From Pseudothermotoga sp. (lineage in GTDB: Bacteria; Thermotogota; Thermotogae; Thermotogales; DSM-5069): DNA of 64,000 nt. The position numbers and the translations under genes are program-made. Each line of letters starts with the position of its first letter. The first letter of the stretch is position 1. Below are positions 28,862 through 39,484 of the stretch, in pieces. The notes below the pieces were generated by a model. It saw only the letters and a program-made list of their open reading frames with translations, was not told the origin of the DNA and did no database searches. The stretch lies in the NCBI GenBank assembly GCA_031962025.1, contig JAVRKW010000006.1, one strand, 5' to 3'.

Positions 28862-29956
28862 TCACCATGGAAGAGAAACTTTACCGAGTAAAGCCGGTCT
28901 TTTCGCGCCGGTTACCGACGGTATATTCGCCGGCATGCCATTTAAAAATTCGTTTGCAAGAAACGCCATTGAAATGGCTTCCCTTGCTTTTGCAAAAGTT
29001 TTATGTGGCAAAAGCACTTTGTAGCCAAAAGATTTCAGGTCCTGAATCAGGATTTTGTTGAAAGCACCTCCACCAAAGACGTAGATTCTCTCTACTTTTG
29101 AAAGATACCTTTTGATATTCTCATGCACACAGAAAGCTGTGAAATACGTCAATGTCCTTAAAGTATCATAATCTCTGGCTGGAAATCCTTCAAGAAACTT
29201 TCTGTTATACCACTCTCTACCCGTGGTCTTTGGAGGTTTTCTGTTCAGGTAATCTTCATCTTTTTTGATGAGTTCTTTTAAGATTTGCTGGTCTATCTTT
29301 CCTTTGCCTGCCAGATTGCCGTCTTTGTCGTATTGCAAATTGAAATTTTCTTTCACATAAAGATCGATCAGACAGTTACCCGGTCCTGTATCAAAAGCCA
29401 GCACTCTTTCATTTATGTAAGTGACATTGGCTATACCGCCTATGTTCAAAACAACTGTGTTGGGTTTTCTGAAAAAAGCCCAGTCAAAATAGGACGTAAT
29501 AGGCGCCCCTTCACCGCCCAGCGCCACATCCTTTGTTCTGAAAGAATGAATCACAGGTACATTCATCTCAACTGCCAGTACATCGGCTTCTCCTATCTGC
29601 AATGTGGCTCCTTTTTGTGGCATGTGATAAACTGTCTGACCGTGGTATCCAATCGCATCAACTTTCATATTCAGATGTTTTAACATCTTTGCATGCATTC
29701 GAGCGATCTCAAAATTCATAAACGTGACATTCTCAACAGATGATAAAAGTGGATCGTAAGTTGTTATAATGCGTTTTTTGAAATCTTGCGGATAATCAAT
29801 GCTCTGAAAGTGAATCAATCTGAATTTTGTGCTGCGGCCTGAACCTGTGAATTTGACAACTGCCACATCCAGACCATCGGCACTTGTGCCGGACATCAAA
29901 CCCATTATGGTTCTCTCTTTTTTGTTGAGTAATTCTACAAAATTGCTCCAGAGCAT
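28862..29956 (-). CDS. anmK: Anhydro-N-acetylmuramic acid kinase
   Basis: GLMSGTSADGLD, HGQTVYH, GGEGAP, NIGGIAN, FDTGPGN, PPKTTGRE. Confidence 0.95.
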   Translation of the reverse strand: MLWSNFVELLNKKERTIMGLMSGTSADGLDVAVVKFTGSGRSTKFRLIHFQSIDYPQDFKKRIITTYDPLLSSVENVTFMNFEIARMHAKMLKHLNMKVDAIGYHGQTVYHMPQKGATLQIGEADVLAVEMNVPVIHSFRTKDVALGGEGAPITSYFDWAFFRKPNTVVLNIGGIANVTYINERVLAFDTGPGNCLIDLYVKENFNLQYDKDGNLAGKGKIDQQILKELIKKDEDYLNRKPPKTTGREWYNRKFLEGFPARDYDTLRTLTYFTAFCVHENIKRYLSKVERIYVFGGGAFNKILIQDLKSFGYKVLLPHKTFAKAREAISMAFLANEFLNGMPANIPSVTGAKRPALLGKVSLPW

Positions 29957-30954
29957 TTTATCCCTCCAAATACAACGTTGTGCAGAAGTATTCTGATTCT
30001 CATTATCTCGTCTTCGTGTCTTTTGATAAATCCTTTGTTTGTCAGAAAAATCACAAAAAGACCATCTTCCCTGCACCAGATAGTTGTACCGGTAAAACCG
30101 CTATGACCGAAGGATTTTTCACCAAGCATATCGCCGCTGCTGGTACCACTCATTGGACACATCCAGCCAAGATGCCTTTTACTCCCGTTTACCTCGACTA
30201 TCTTTTGAGTGAAAAGCTTCACCACATTGATCGGTACGATAGCCTCTGTGAGAAGGCATGTCATGAAAGTGTGTAGGTCTAGCACATTTGAAAACAGTCC
30301 TGCATTTCCGCTTACTCCGCCAAGATAATAGGCAAGTTCATCGTCCGGCTGACCGATCAATCTTTTGCCGTCTCTTATTGAAGTTGGTGCAACATTTTCA
30401 GATGGACCTGGAGAAAATCTCGTATTTTTCATTCCTATGGGCTCGAAGATCGAATAGATGTATTTGTCAAACGGCATACCCGTGATTTTTTCAACTATTG
30501 CCATCAAAGTTATGAAATTCAAGCATGAATAGACTATTTTTCTACACGGTTCTTCGACTGGCTGGATTTTCAGTATCTCATCCAGCAATTCTCTGTTTTT
30601 TAGATATTTCCACAGCTCCGAATAGGGCTGCATTCCGGATGTGTGAGTCAAAAGCTGAAGTATAGTGATATCGCTTTTTGGTTTTGCAAGATCCAAAAAA
30701 CGTCCAACTGTGTCGTTCAGGTGCAGGTATCCTTCAGAGAAAAGTTTCATAACTGCGGTTGTTGTAGCCACGACTTTTGTCAGACTCGCAAGATCGTAGA
30801 CAGTTTCAATGGTGGTTTTTCTCTCAAAATCAATTGTTCCATAAGCCTTCCGGTATATTATTTCACCTGGCTTTCCCACCAGGACAACGCACCCCGGATA
30901 GATTTTGTTCAGTCCATCCTGAACCACTCTGTCGATTTTCTCCTCTGTCGTCAT
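29935..30954 (-). CDS. Serine hydrolase, beta-lactamase class C / AmiA-like
   Basis: DLASLTK (SxxK), LLTHTSG, YSCLNF, GNAGLFS, GHSGFTG. Confidence 0.9.
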   Translation of the reverse strand: MTTEEKIDRVVQDGLNKIYPGCVVLVGKPGEIIYRKAYGTIDFERKTTIETVYDLASLTKVVATTTAVMKLFSEGYLHLNDTVGRFLDLAKPKSDITILQLLTHTSGMQPYSELWKYLKNRELLDEILKIQPVEEPCRKIVYSCLNFITLMAIVEKITGMPFDKYIYSIFEPIGMKNTRFSPGPSENVAPTSIRDGKRLIGQPDDELAYYLGGVSGNAGLFSNVLDLHTFMTCLLTEAIVPINVVKLFTQKIVEVNGSKRHLGWMCPMSGTSSGDMLGEKSFGHSGFTGTTIWCREDGLFVIFLTNKGFIKRHEDEIMRIRILLHNVVFGGIKCSGAIL

Positions 30955-30957
30955 TTT

Positions 30958-31926
30958 CTACACCTCGCTCAAAAAACAAGCCACTTTGTGCTTTTCATCA
31001 CCGATGAGTTTTGGTTTTTCTTTTTCACATTTTTCTATTTTCAAATTGCATCTTGTTGAAAACGGGCATCCAGTCGGTGGATTGACAGGACTTGGTGGCT
31101 CTCCAGAAAGTGTCAGCGTGTGGAGTTTTCTAAACTGTGGATCCCAGCTTGGAATGGAGTTCATCAGCGCTTTTGTGTATGGATGCATCGGGTTTTCAAA
31201 GACTTCACTGGCTTGACCACATTCTACCACGTTCCCAAGATACATCACAACGAGCCTGTCGCTCATGTGATACACAACATCAAGGTTGTGCGAGATGAAC
31301 AAATAAGATACTCTGTACTCTTCTCTTATCTTCATCAAAAGGTTTATGATCTGGCTTTGAACAGAAACATCCAGTGCCGATGTGGGTTCATCACAGACTA
31401 TCAGTTTTGGATTTAAAGATATCGCCCTTGCGATTGCTATTCTCTGCCTCTGTCCACCGGAAAACTCATGCGGGTACCTTGACAGATATTCACCAGCCAA
31501 TCCCACTTTACCAAGAAGGTCTTTGATGTAATCTTCCTGCTCTTTTCTGGAAGAAAAAACATTGTGTGCTTCAAGTGGTTCGCCAATTATATCCGCTATT
31601 GTCATTCTTGGATCGAGAGAATTAAAAGGATCCTGAAAGATCATCTGCACATTTCTTCTGAACTCTTTTTCAATGTTTTTCGGTACTTTTTTTGAAACAT
31701 CTATACCTTTGAAAAAGATCTGTCCGGAGGTTGGCTGTAATATTCGTGAGACGATCTTACCAAGGGTTGTCTTTCCACATCCAGATTCACCAACAACACC
31801 AACTGTTTCATTTTCCTGTATATCCAGATCGATCTCTTCAAGTGCTCTCACCCAGCCACTTATTTGCAGAAACACTCCGGATCTTATTGGAAAATATTTT
31901 TTCACGGCTTTAAGAGAGAGAATCAT
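30958..31926 (-). CDS. Opp/Dpp ABC ATP-binding protein (OppF-like)
   Basis: GESGCGKTT, YPHEFSGGQRQR, HPYT, GCPFSTRC. Confidence 0.93.
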   Translation of the reverse strand: MILSLKAVKKYFPIRSGVFLQISGWVRALEEIDLDIQENETVGVVGESGCGKTTLGKIVSRILQPTSGQIFFKGIDVSKKVPKNIEKEFRRNVQMIFQDPFNSLDPRMTIADIIGEPLEAHNVFSSRKEQEDYIKDLLGKVGLAGEYLSRYPHEFSGGQRQRIAIARAISLNPKLIVCDEPTSALDVSVQSQIINLLMKIREEYRVSYLFISHNLDVVYHMSDRLVVMYLGNVVECGQASEVFENPMHPYTKALMNSIPSWDPQFRKLHTLTLSGEPPSPVNPPTGCPFSTRCNLKIEKCEKEKPKLIGDEKHKVACFLSEV

Positions 31927-32888
31927 CGATCATCGCCCCTAACATAAAGCCAGCAACTCACAGAACTTTTTTCAAAAGAAATCTCCGGTGGTTCTTTTTG
32001 TGAGCAGATTTTCATTGCCCTGGCACACCTTGGGTGAAATCTACATCCTTCTGGGAATTTGTTTGCAGCAGGTACAGTACCCGGAACATATGGTAACTGC
32101 TTGCCTTTGTATTCTTTTTTTACCCTGGATTGCAAAAGAGCCGTCGTATACGGGTGCAACGGCTTTTTGAACAGATCAAAGATATTTGCCTTTTCCACGA
32201 TTTTTCCAGCATACATCACATGAACTCTATCCGCTAACTCTGCAACTACCCCAAGATCGTGGGTTATAAAGATAACAGAAGTTTTGAAGGTTTTCTGAAG
32301 TTCTTTGAAGAGTTTTAATACCTGTGCCTGAATTGTGACATCCAGTGCTGTTGTTGGCTCATCCGCAATGATCACATCGGGGTTTGTGAGTAAAGCCATC
32401 GCAATCATTATCCTCTGTAACATGCCACCACTCATTTCGTGTGGGTATTCGTCAAATCTCTTTTCAGCCAGAGGGATATGCACTTTTCTAAGCATTTCTA
32501 TGCAAACGTCTTTAGCCGTTTTCTGGTCTACTTTCAGATGAGTTGTGGCAACTTCCATCATCTGCTGACCAACTGTGTAAAGTGGATCGAAGCTTGCCAT
32601 TGGTTCTTGAAAAATCATCGAAATCTTTTTCCCTCTTATTTTTCTGTATTCCTGATTTGACAGCCCCGTCAGCTCTATGCCCCTGTATTTGATAGATCCT
32701 TCAATGAGCGCACCCTTTACAAGTCCCATTATTGTCAGTGCTGTTACGCTCTTACCGCAGCCCGATTCGCCAACGAGTGCGAGTATTTCACCTTCGTTCA
32801 ATTCAAAAGATATACCATCGACAGCTTTAACCAGTCCATCAAAGGTTTTAAAGTAAGTTTTGAGATTTACAACTGAAAGAATTGTCAT
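31923..32888 (-). CDS. Opp/Dpp ABC ATP-binding protein (OppD-like)
   Basis: GESGCGKSVT, YPHEMSGGMLQR, DEPTTALD. Confidence 0.93.
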   Translation of the reverse strand: MTILSVVNLKTYFKTFDGLVKAVDGISFELNEGEILALVGESGCGKSVTALTIMGLVKGALIEGSIKYRGIELTGLSNQEYRKIRGKKISMIFQEPMASFDPLYTVGQQMMEVATTHLKVDQKTAKDVCIEMLRKVHIPLAEKRFDEYPHEMSGGMLQRIMIAMALLTNPDVIIADEPTTALDVTIQAQVLKLFKELQKTFKTSVIFITHDLGVVAELADRVHVMYAGKIVEKANIFDLFKKPLHPYTTALLQSRVKKEYKGKQLPYVPGTVPAANKFPEGCRFHPRCARAMKICSQKEPPEISFEKSSVSCWLYVRGDDR

Positions 32889-33970
32889 ACCTTTTCAACC
32901 ACCCTGTACGGATCAAGAGCATCTCTGAGTGCATCACCAACAAAGTTGAAGGCAAGGACTGAAATCATTATGAAGACACCCGGTATCAGCAACCATGGAC
33001 TTGTGGCAAGAGCTGAGATGGACTGCGCCTGTCTCAATAAAAGCCCCCAGCTTGTCATTGGCTCCTTGATGCCGAGTCCCAGAAAACTTATCGCACTTTC
33101 ACCCAGGATCATCCCGGGTATAGAAAGAGTCGATACGACTATCAGATAACTGGTTATGTTGGGTAGAAGATGTTTTCTTATTATCTTGAAATCCGAAACA
33201 CCGGCAACCTTTGCCGCAAGGACATATTCTTTCTCTCTAAGACTCAGGACCATACCGCGAACTACCCTTGCCACGCCCATCCATCCTATCAATGAAAGTA
33301 CTATCACTATTCCAAAATAAACCCACGTACTTGGCCAGCTTGGTGGTAAGATCACAGCCAGAGCGAGCCACAGGGGGATTCTTGGGAAGGAACGTAAAAG
33401 CTCTATAAATCTTTGAATTAAAATGTCTATCCAGCCACCGTAATATCCTGAAATACTGCCCATTATGGCACCTATGATGACACTTATGAAAGTGCCTATC
33501 AATCCAACAGTCAGTGATACTCTGCCGCCTATCAACGTCCTGGAAAATATATCCCTGCCGAATCTATCTGTGCCGAAGAGAACTATCATTGCTTCAGAAG
33601 GGTCTGCATCTATTCCAAAAAGGTGCAAATCAGTTTCAATTAATCCCCAGAATTTGTATCTTTCTCCTTTCACAAAAAATTTCACCGGGTAAATTCTGGA
33701 TCTGTCCTGTTCGTACTTCACCATGAATGTCACAGGGTCGCGAGTTTTTTTCAGCCCATAGACAAATGGTCTGTGAAGTTTCCCTTCGTGGAAAAATCTC
33801 ACAACTGTCGGTGGAGCATAAGTGAATTTGCTGTGTGTTTCTTTAAAATCATAAGGAGAAATAAAGTCGGCAAATATGATTAAAAGGTAGAGAATAATCA
33901 AAACCCACACGCCAAAAACTCCGAGTTTGTGCTTTTTGAACTGATGATAGACTCTACTGGATCTACCCAT
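32885..33970 (-). CDS. Opp/Dpp ABC permease (OppC-like)
   Basis: GTDRFGRDIFSR, EYVLAAKVAG, ESAISFLGLG. Confidence 0.93.
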   Translation of the reverse strand: MGRSSRVYHQFKKHKLGVFGVWVLIILYLLIIFADFISPYDFKETHSKFTYAPPTVVRFFHEGKLHRPFVYGLKKTRDPVTFMVKYEQDRSRIYPVKFFVKGERYKFWGLIETDLHLFGIDADPSEAMIVLFGTDRFGRDIFSRTLIGGRVSLTVGLIGTFISVIIGAIMGSISGYYGGWIDILIQRFIELLRSFPRIPLWLALAVILPPSWPSTWVYFGIVIVLSLIGWMGVARVVRGMVLSLREKEYVLAAKVAGVSDFKIIRKHLLPNITSYLIVVSTLSIPGMILGESAISFLGLGIKEPMTSWGLLLRQAQSISALATSPWLLIPGVFIMISVLAFNFVGDALRDALDPYRVVEKV

Positions 33971-33979
33971 CTTACCACC

Positions 33980-34948
33980 TCAACTTACTCTGATTCTCGG
34001 GTCGAGTAATGCCAGAGCAATGTCAGCCAAAAGATTGCCGATCTGTGTGATCAAAGCAATAAACATCAAAAAGGTCATGACCAAATACTGGTCATGGTTC
34101 AAAAGTGCGTTATAGAAAAAGGGACCAATAGTTGGAAGATTGAGAACAATCGAAGCGATTATCGTACCGCTGAAGATATTCGGAAGTTCCATTCCAGCTA
34201 TGCTGACCAATGGGTTGAGCGCATTTTTTACAATATGCCGTCTGACGACTTTTTCATCTAAGCCGCGTGCTCTGAGCGAAGTGACAAATGGTGATCCTAT
34301 TATATCAAGCATGTTGCCTCGCATTATTCTCATAAGACCAGCCAGTCCACTTACTCCGACGACGATTATGGGTAACCATATGTGGTTGAGAAGATCGACG
34401 AATTTAGCCCAGCTCCAGGGCGATCCAATGAACTGTGGTGAAAACAACCCGCCAACGGCTGTGCCACCCAATCTGAGTATCAAATACATAAACACCAGTG
34501 CCAGGAAGAACTCAGGTATTGATAAACCTATAAACCCAACAACTGTCAGAAAATAATCGCTCACTTTGTAAGGGTGAAAAGCCGAGTAAATGCCCATGGG
34601 TACGGCTATCAACCACTGAAACACCACCGTAAACAGTGCGATTGCCACAGTCCATCCAAGTCTTTCCCATATCAATTCAACAACCGGTCTTTGATAGGAA
34701 AAAGAATATCCAAAATCACCTTTGAGAATTATGTTTCTAATCCAGATCAGGTATCGCTGATAGGCAGGTTTGTCAAGTGCAAGTTCTCTCCTGAGTGTTT
34801 CTATCTGCTCCGGTGAAATTCTTGGGTTTTCAAGGTACTGAGAAAGAAAATCACCCGGCTGAAGTTCTGTGACAACAAAACAGATGATAGAGATTAAAAA
34901 CATCATTGGAATCATTATCAGAATTCTTCTAATAACAAAAGCCCACAT
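33980..34948 (-). CDS. Opp/Dpp ABC permease (OppB-like)
   Basis: GDFGYSF, RARGL, LLADIALALLDPRIR. Confidence 0.93.
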   Translation of the reverse strand: MWAFVIRRILIMIPMMFLISIICFVVTELQPGDFLSQYLENPRISPEQIETLRRELALDKPAYQRYLIWIRNIILKGDFGYSFSYQRPVVELIWERLGWTVAIALFTVVFQWLIAVPMGIYSAFHPYKVSDYFLTVVGFIGLSIPEFFLALVFMYLILRLGGTAVGGLFSPQFIGSPWSWAKFVDLLNHIWLPIIVVGVSGLAGLMRIMRGNMLDIIGSPFVTSLRARGLDEKVVRRHIVKNALNPLVSIAGMELPNIFSGTIIASIVLNLPTIGPFFYNALLNHDQYLVMTFLMFIALITQIGNLLADIALALLDPRIRVS

Positions 34949-34962
34949 CGAATTAAACCTCC

Positions 34963-34994
34963 AAAAACAGAGCTCCTCTTTTCGAGGAGCTCTG
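34963..34994 (-). terminator. Stem-loop/terminator between the binding-protein gene and the permease gene
   Basis: CAGAGCTCCTC-loop-GAGGAGCTCTG followed by a U tract on the minus strand. Confidence 0.75.
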
Positions 34995-35002
34995 CAAAAA
35001 GA

Positions 35003-36787
35003 TCACTTTCGATAAGCGGTCCATACTGTAAACACAATCATTCCATCCTGTGTCAGACCAGCGTTCCCAAGTGTGTTGTTTATACCCCAGATGTTCATAC
35101 CCTTGCAGACAAAAATAACTGGCAGATAAATGTGATAAAGCTCCTGCCATTCGTCGTAGTAGGCTTTTCTCTTGGCTGGATCCATTTCGATCTGACCAAG
35201 TTCAAACAATTCCCAGATTCTCTTTTCCCAGTCAAACATGTTTTCGAACACAGGCTTTGGTGGAGTGGCTGTTTTGTCCATTGTTGAGTAGTGCCAGTAA
35301 TAAAGCTGTGTACCAGGTTGCCAGATTGCCTTTCTCAACTGTGGGTCAGGCTGGTTTCCAAATGCCCTCACGCCAGCTTGGAAGTTACCCGCGCCGAACA
35401 TCTGACCAACCAGTGATGAATCCAGGATTTGCAGGTTAACCTTGATACCTATTTTTTGAAGATCCTGTGCGAAAATAAGTGCAATGTCCTGATATTCCTG
35501 TGGAGAACTCTGGACAAGTAGATTGAATTCCACACGCCTTCCGTTGGGGAACAGTCTGTATCCTTCTTTGTCTCGATTCTTTAGACCTATCTTGTCAAGC
35601 AGTTCAGAAGCTTTTTTCAGATCGTATTTTCTCAAGAGCTGTTCGACCTTTGGATTGTAAAATGCCTTGTTTGAAGGAAGCATCAATCCAGCATCTGGTA
35701 TTGCAAGACCTGCAAAAACTTCGTCTATGATTCTCTGCCTGTCCAGCGCGTATTCCATAGCCTCTCTGAACTCGAGCTTTGCAAACAGCTCTTTCAAATC
35801 AGGATCGTTAACGTCGAAGTTGAAAGATATGTGAATTGGGCTTGGCGTTGGCTGGTTGGGCTGCGTTGCATAAACTTTGTATGGAACGTTCCCAGCCAGT
35901 TCCTGCTGTTTGAGCATGGGATAATCTTTGGAAGCTACTGCCATGAAGTCGATTTCTCCAGCCATGAACTTTGCTAATCGAACTTCGGCATCTCGAATGA
36001 TGAGATACTCAACTCTGTCAAAATACGGCAGTTTGTTACCAAATCGATCTGTTTTCCAGTAATTTGGATTTCTTTCCAGAACGACTTTTTGATCTGTTAT
36101 AACCTGTACGAGTTTATATGGTCCATTCACCACAACTTCTTTTGGATCGACATTCGACAGCCATATTTTGTTCACAGAGCCAAGGTCGTTTTTATCCACC
36201 AGTGGTTCGAGTTTGTGCTTTGGGTATATATACACATGTGATAAAACGGTGAAAAATGGTCCGTATGGAGAAGGCAGAATAGCTTTGACAGTTTTTTCAT
36301 CGATCTTTACCCACTGGATCATCTTGTTTTCGCCTTTTTCGTCTGGTATTGTGAATCTGTCAATGGAATTACCGCGAGCATATTTGTTCATCACAAAGTA
36401 TTCGAAGGTAAAGATCACGTCGTCTGCGACTATGGGTTTTCCATCAGACCAGTACGCTTCCCTGATGAAGAATGTTACTTCTTTCCCGTCTGGAGAAACG
36501 GACCAGGATTTGGCAAGACCGGGTCTGATTTCGTTGGTTACGGGATGCATCTCGACAAGAGTGGAATACATTGGACCCATGATAACGGTGTACGCAGATG
36601 AATCAAGAGTGCCATAAAGTAAAAATGATTCAGGTGTTGAAGCAAGTGCAAGCCTGAGTACGCCACCCGATTTTGGTTTTGGATCTGGTGTCAGTATGCT
36701 GTCTTCCACAAAAAATTCAGTCGCAAGAGCGCTTAAAACTACCAGGAAAACCGAGATCAGTACTAACCACTTTTTCACACCATTCAC
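35003..36787 (-). CDS. Family 5 ABC substrate-binding protein
   Basis: Signal peptide, PGLAKSW, WSDGKPIVADDVIFT, NGPYKL, RNPNYW. Confidence 0.92.
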   Translation of the reverse strand: MNGVKKWLVLISVFLVVLSALATEFFVEDSILTPDPKPKSGGVLRLALASTPESFLLYGTLDSSAYTVIMGPMYSTLVEMHPVTNEIRPGLAKSWSVSPDGKEVTFFIREAYWSDGKPIVADDVIFTFEYFVMNKYARGNSIDRFTIPDEKGENKMIQWVKIDEKTVKAILPSPYGPFFTVLSHVYIYPKHKLEPLVDKNDLGSVNKIWLSNVDPKEVVVNGPYKLVQVITDQKVVLERNPNYWKTDRFGNKLPYFDRVEYLIIRDAEVRLAKFMAGEIDFMAVASKDYPMLKQQELAGNVPYKVYATQPNQPTPSPIHISFNFDVNDPDLKELFAKLEFREAMEYALDRQRIIDEVFAGLAIPDAGLMLPSNKAFYNPKVEQLLRKYDLKKASELLDKIGLKNRDKEGYRLFPNGRRVEFNLLVQSSPQEYQDIALIFAQDLQKIGIKVNLQILDSSLVGQMFGAGNFQAGVRAFGNQPDPQLRKAIWQPGTQLYYWHYSTMDKTATPPKPVFENMFDWEKRIWELFELGQIEMDPAKRKAYYDEWQELYHIYLPVIFVCKGMNIWGINNTLGNAGLTQDGMIVFTVWTAYRK

Positions 36788-36853
36788 CTCCCACTAAATG
36801 TGATTACAATATGACTAATTTCCAAGAGGTATAATATCATAAAGATAATCTCT

Positions 36854-37726
36854 ATGGCAAATGGGGGAATGAGTGTGAAAATTCTTGGAATAGACGGTGG
36901 AGGAACATCTCTGAAAGCAACTGTCGCACAAGAAGATGGTACCGTGCGCAGAATAGTTTTAAATCGCGGTGTCAATCTGGCTGCTGTTGATTTGAAACAA
37001 CTTGAGCAGACGATAAAAGAATTGTTTGAATGGTCACAGGACGTGGATTTTGTGAGAGCTGCATTTTCAGGTGCTGGCAGCCAAAAAAGAAAATCTCTGC
37101 TTGTTGAAGTGCTCAATAAATATTTTCCAAAGTCATCAATTCAGGTTTTCACCGATGCAGAAGGAATTTTGTACTCATGTTACGAAAACGAACCCATAGC
37201 TGTCACGATCGCCGGTACAGGATCTGTGGTGATGGGAATTGACAGTTTACAGGTGATTCATCGTGCAGGAGGCTGGGGACATCTATTTGATGATGAAGGA
37301 GGAGCTTTCAGCATCGTCTGCAAGATCATAAAAGCTGCTCTGGATTACAGAGATGGTATCGGTGAATATGATTCTGTGTTTGATGAATTGATTCGTTTTT
37401 ACGGGGTAAATTACATCGAAGATCTTGTTGAATTGCAGAGACTGAAAGATTTCAAAGAAAAAATAGCCTCTTTTGCAAGCAGTATGACAATCACGCCGCT
37501 TGTGCTAAAAGTGATGCAACAAGATCTGCAGGTTCTTCTAAAAAGGACCGTGTGTGTTTTGCAAAAAACCGGTGCAAAAAAACTGTACATCCACGGTGGT
37601 ATGTTCAAGATTACCCATTTTCAGCATATTTTTATGCAAAATCTTCCTAACACAGAGATACTCAATCTTAAACACGATGTCGATTATATGCTTGCAACCA
37701 ATCGATTTTTGTTCAACTTGAAATAA
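36854..37726 (+). CDS. BadF/BadG/BcrA/BcrD-type amino-sugar (GlcNAc/MurNAc) kinase
   Basis: GIDGGGTS, IAGTGS, RAGGWGHLFDDEGGA. Confidence 0.85.
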   Translation: MANGGMSVKILGIDGGGTSLKATVAQEDGTVRRIVLNRGVNLAAVDLKQLEQTIKELFEWSQDVDFVRAAFSGAGSQKRKSLLVEVLNKYFPKSSIQVFTDAEGILYSCYENEPIAVTIAGTGSVVMGIDSLQVIHRAGGWGHLFDDEGGAFSIVCKIIKAALDYRDGIGEYDSVFDELIRFYGVNYIEDLVELQRLKDFKEKIASFASSMTITPLVLKVMQQDLQVLLKRTVCVLQKTGAKKLYIHGGMFKITHFQHIFMQNLPNTEILNLKHDVDYMLATNRFLFNLK

Positions 37727-37862
37727 TCAATCGATGAGTTTCTTACAGGATTTTTTTAAACGAAAGTGATTTATCGGTATAATGGTATGAACATTTTTTG
37801 AATATGTTATACTAAGTGATAGTGTTATAACAATAAACCATTTTATAGAGGGAGGTGCGGTT

Positions 37863-39440
37863 ATGAAGAAATTTTTGGTTGTCTTGGTTTTGATGGCTGT
37901 GGTATCGATTTTCTCGGCAGATCTTTCGATGATCATCTCAGTGACAGGCGCACATCAGAGAAATTTCAACCCTTATTTTGCCAGTGGAACCGGTTATGCA
38001 GCATGTGGTTTTATTTACGAAACCTTAGTGTATTCAAACAACTTCACCGGTGAGCTCATACCGTGGCTTGCTTCTAGTTATGAATGGAGTTCAGACTACA
38101 AAGAGATTACCTTCAATCTGAGAAAGAATGTGACGTGGTCAGATGGCAAACCTTTTACCGCAGACGATGTGATCTTTACTTTTCAGATGATGAAAGCATT
38201 TCCGGCGTTAGACACACAAGGTATCTATAAGTCGGGATTGGAAAATATCGAAAAAATCGATGATTACACAGTGAAGTTGCGCTTTTCAAAACTCAATACT
38301 TTGGTAATCTACAACATAGCAGGTGTCTACATAGTACCAAAACACATATGGGAAAAGGTTGAAGATCCATCCAAATTCACCAATGAGAATCCGATCGGTA
38401 CAGGTGCTTATGTGCTTGAAACTTTTACGGACCAGGTTTTCACTTTGAAAAAGAGGGTAGATTACTGGCAGGCAGATAAGGTCAAAGTCGACAGGATAAG
38501 AATTCCAGCCTTCAACGGGAATGAGCCCGCACAGCTTGCAGTGGCAAATGGTGAAATAGATTGGGCTGGTATAAATTATCCCAGGATAGAAAATATACAG
38601 AACAAGGACATAAAATACTGGTTCCCAGAAGGAAATCCAGTATTTCTGTTCTTCAATCTTGAAAGAGAACCTTTCAAAAATGCGGCTTTCAGAAAAGCTG
38701 TTGCCAAAGCCATCAATACAGACGAATTGATAAGAATAGGCATGACGAACTACGCTGTGAAAGTCAATCCTGTTGTCATCAAATCTGGATACTCATATCT
38801 TATAGATGAAAGCTTGAAGAGTAAGTGGTACACTTTCAACCTGCAACAGGCTAAAACTGAACTTGAATCACTTGGTTTTAAAGCCGCTAAAGATGGAGTG
38901 CTGGTTGGACCGGATGGTAAGAGACTGTCTTATGAACTCATTGTCCCGGCTGGTTGGACAGACTGGATAGCAGTCTCACAGCTTTTGTCTCAACAACTCA
39001 AGAAGGTTGGTATAGAGTTGAATGTAACTCCAATAGACTTTGGTGCGTATTTGACCAAGATCAGACAGAAAGATTTTGATGTTGCGGTGAGCTGGTCAAA
39101 CTATGGTCCAAATCCTTATATTTTCTTCCAGAATTATCTATACTCTTCGAATGCGTATGTTGGAAGTAACAGAGGAGGATGGATAGATAAATACACAGAT
39201 GAATTGCTCAATAAACTTTCTCAGACGGCTGATAAAGAAGAGATAAAATCCATAGTCTCAGAGATACAGAAAATCATACTTGATAATGTTCCGGCTGTAC
39301 CGCTCTTCTACAACCCGGTGTGGTTCATTTACTCGACCAAGAACTTCACCGGCTGGCCAAATGAAAACAACGCTTTTGTGGAGCCAAGAACAACTGGCAT
39401 GGACAAAATCTATCTTGTAATGCATCTTGAACCAAAGTGA
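37863..39440 (+). CDS. Family 5 ABC substrate-binding protein, oligosaccharide-binding type
   Basis: RNFNPY, PWLASSYEWS, WSDGKPFTADDV, VPAGWTDW. Confidence 0.9.
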   Translation: MKKFLVVLVLMAVVSIFSADLSMIISVTGAHQRNFNPYFASGTGYAACGFIYETLVYSNNFTGELIPWLASSYEWSSDYKEITFNLRKNVTWSDGKPFTADDVIFTFQMMKAFPALDTQGIYKSGLENIEKIDDYTVKLRFSKLNTLVIYNIAGVYIVPKHIWEKVEDPSKFTNENPIGTGAYVLETFTDQVFTLKKRVDYWQADKVKVDRIRIPAFNGNEPAQLAVANGEIDWAGINYPRIENIQNKDIKYWFPEGNPVFLFFNLEREPFKNAAFRKAVAKAINTDELIRIGMTNYAVKVNPVVIKSGYSYLIDESLKSKWYTFNLQQAKTELESLGFKAAKDGVLVGPDGKRLSYELIVPAGWTDWIAVSQLLSQQLKKVGIELNVTPIDFGAYLTKIRQKDFDVAVSWSNYGPNPYIFFQNYLYSSNAYVGSNRGGWIDKYTDELLNKLSQTADKEEIKSIVSEIQKIILDNVPAVPLFYNPVWFIYSTKNFTGWPNENNAFVEPRTTGMDKIYLVMHLEPK

Positions 39441-39445
39441 TCGAT

Positions 39446-39469
39446 TCGGGGGTTAACGCCCCCGATTTT
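39446..39469 (+). terminator. Stem-loop after the binding-protein gene
   Basis: TCGGGGG-TTAACG-CCCCCGA-TTTT. Confidence 0.7.
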
Positions 39470-39484
39470 CTGGAGGTGTAGTTT

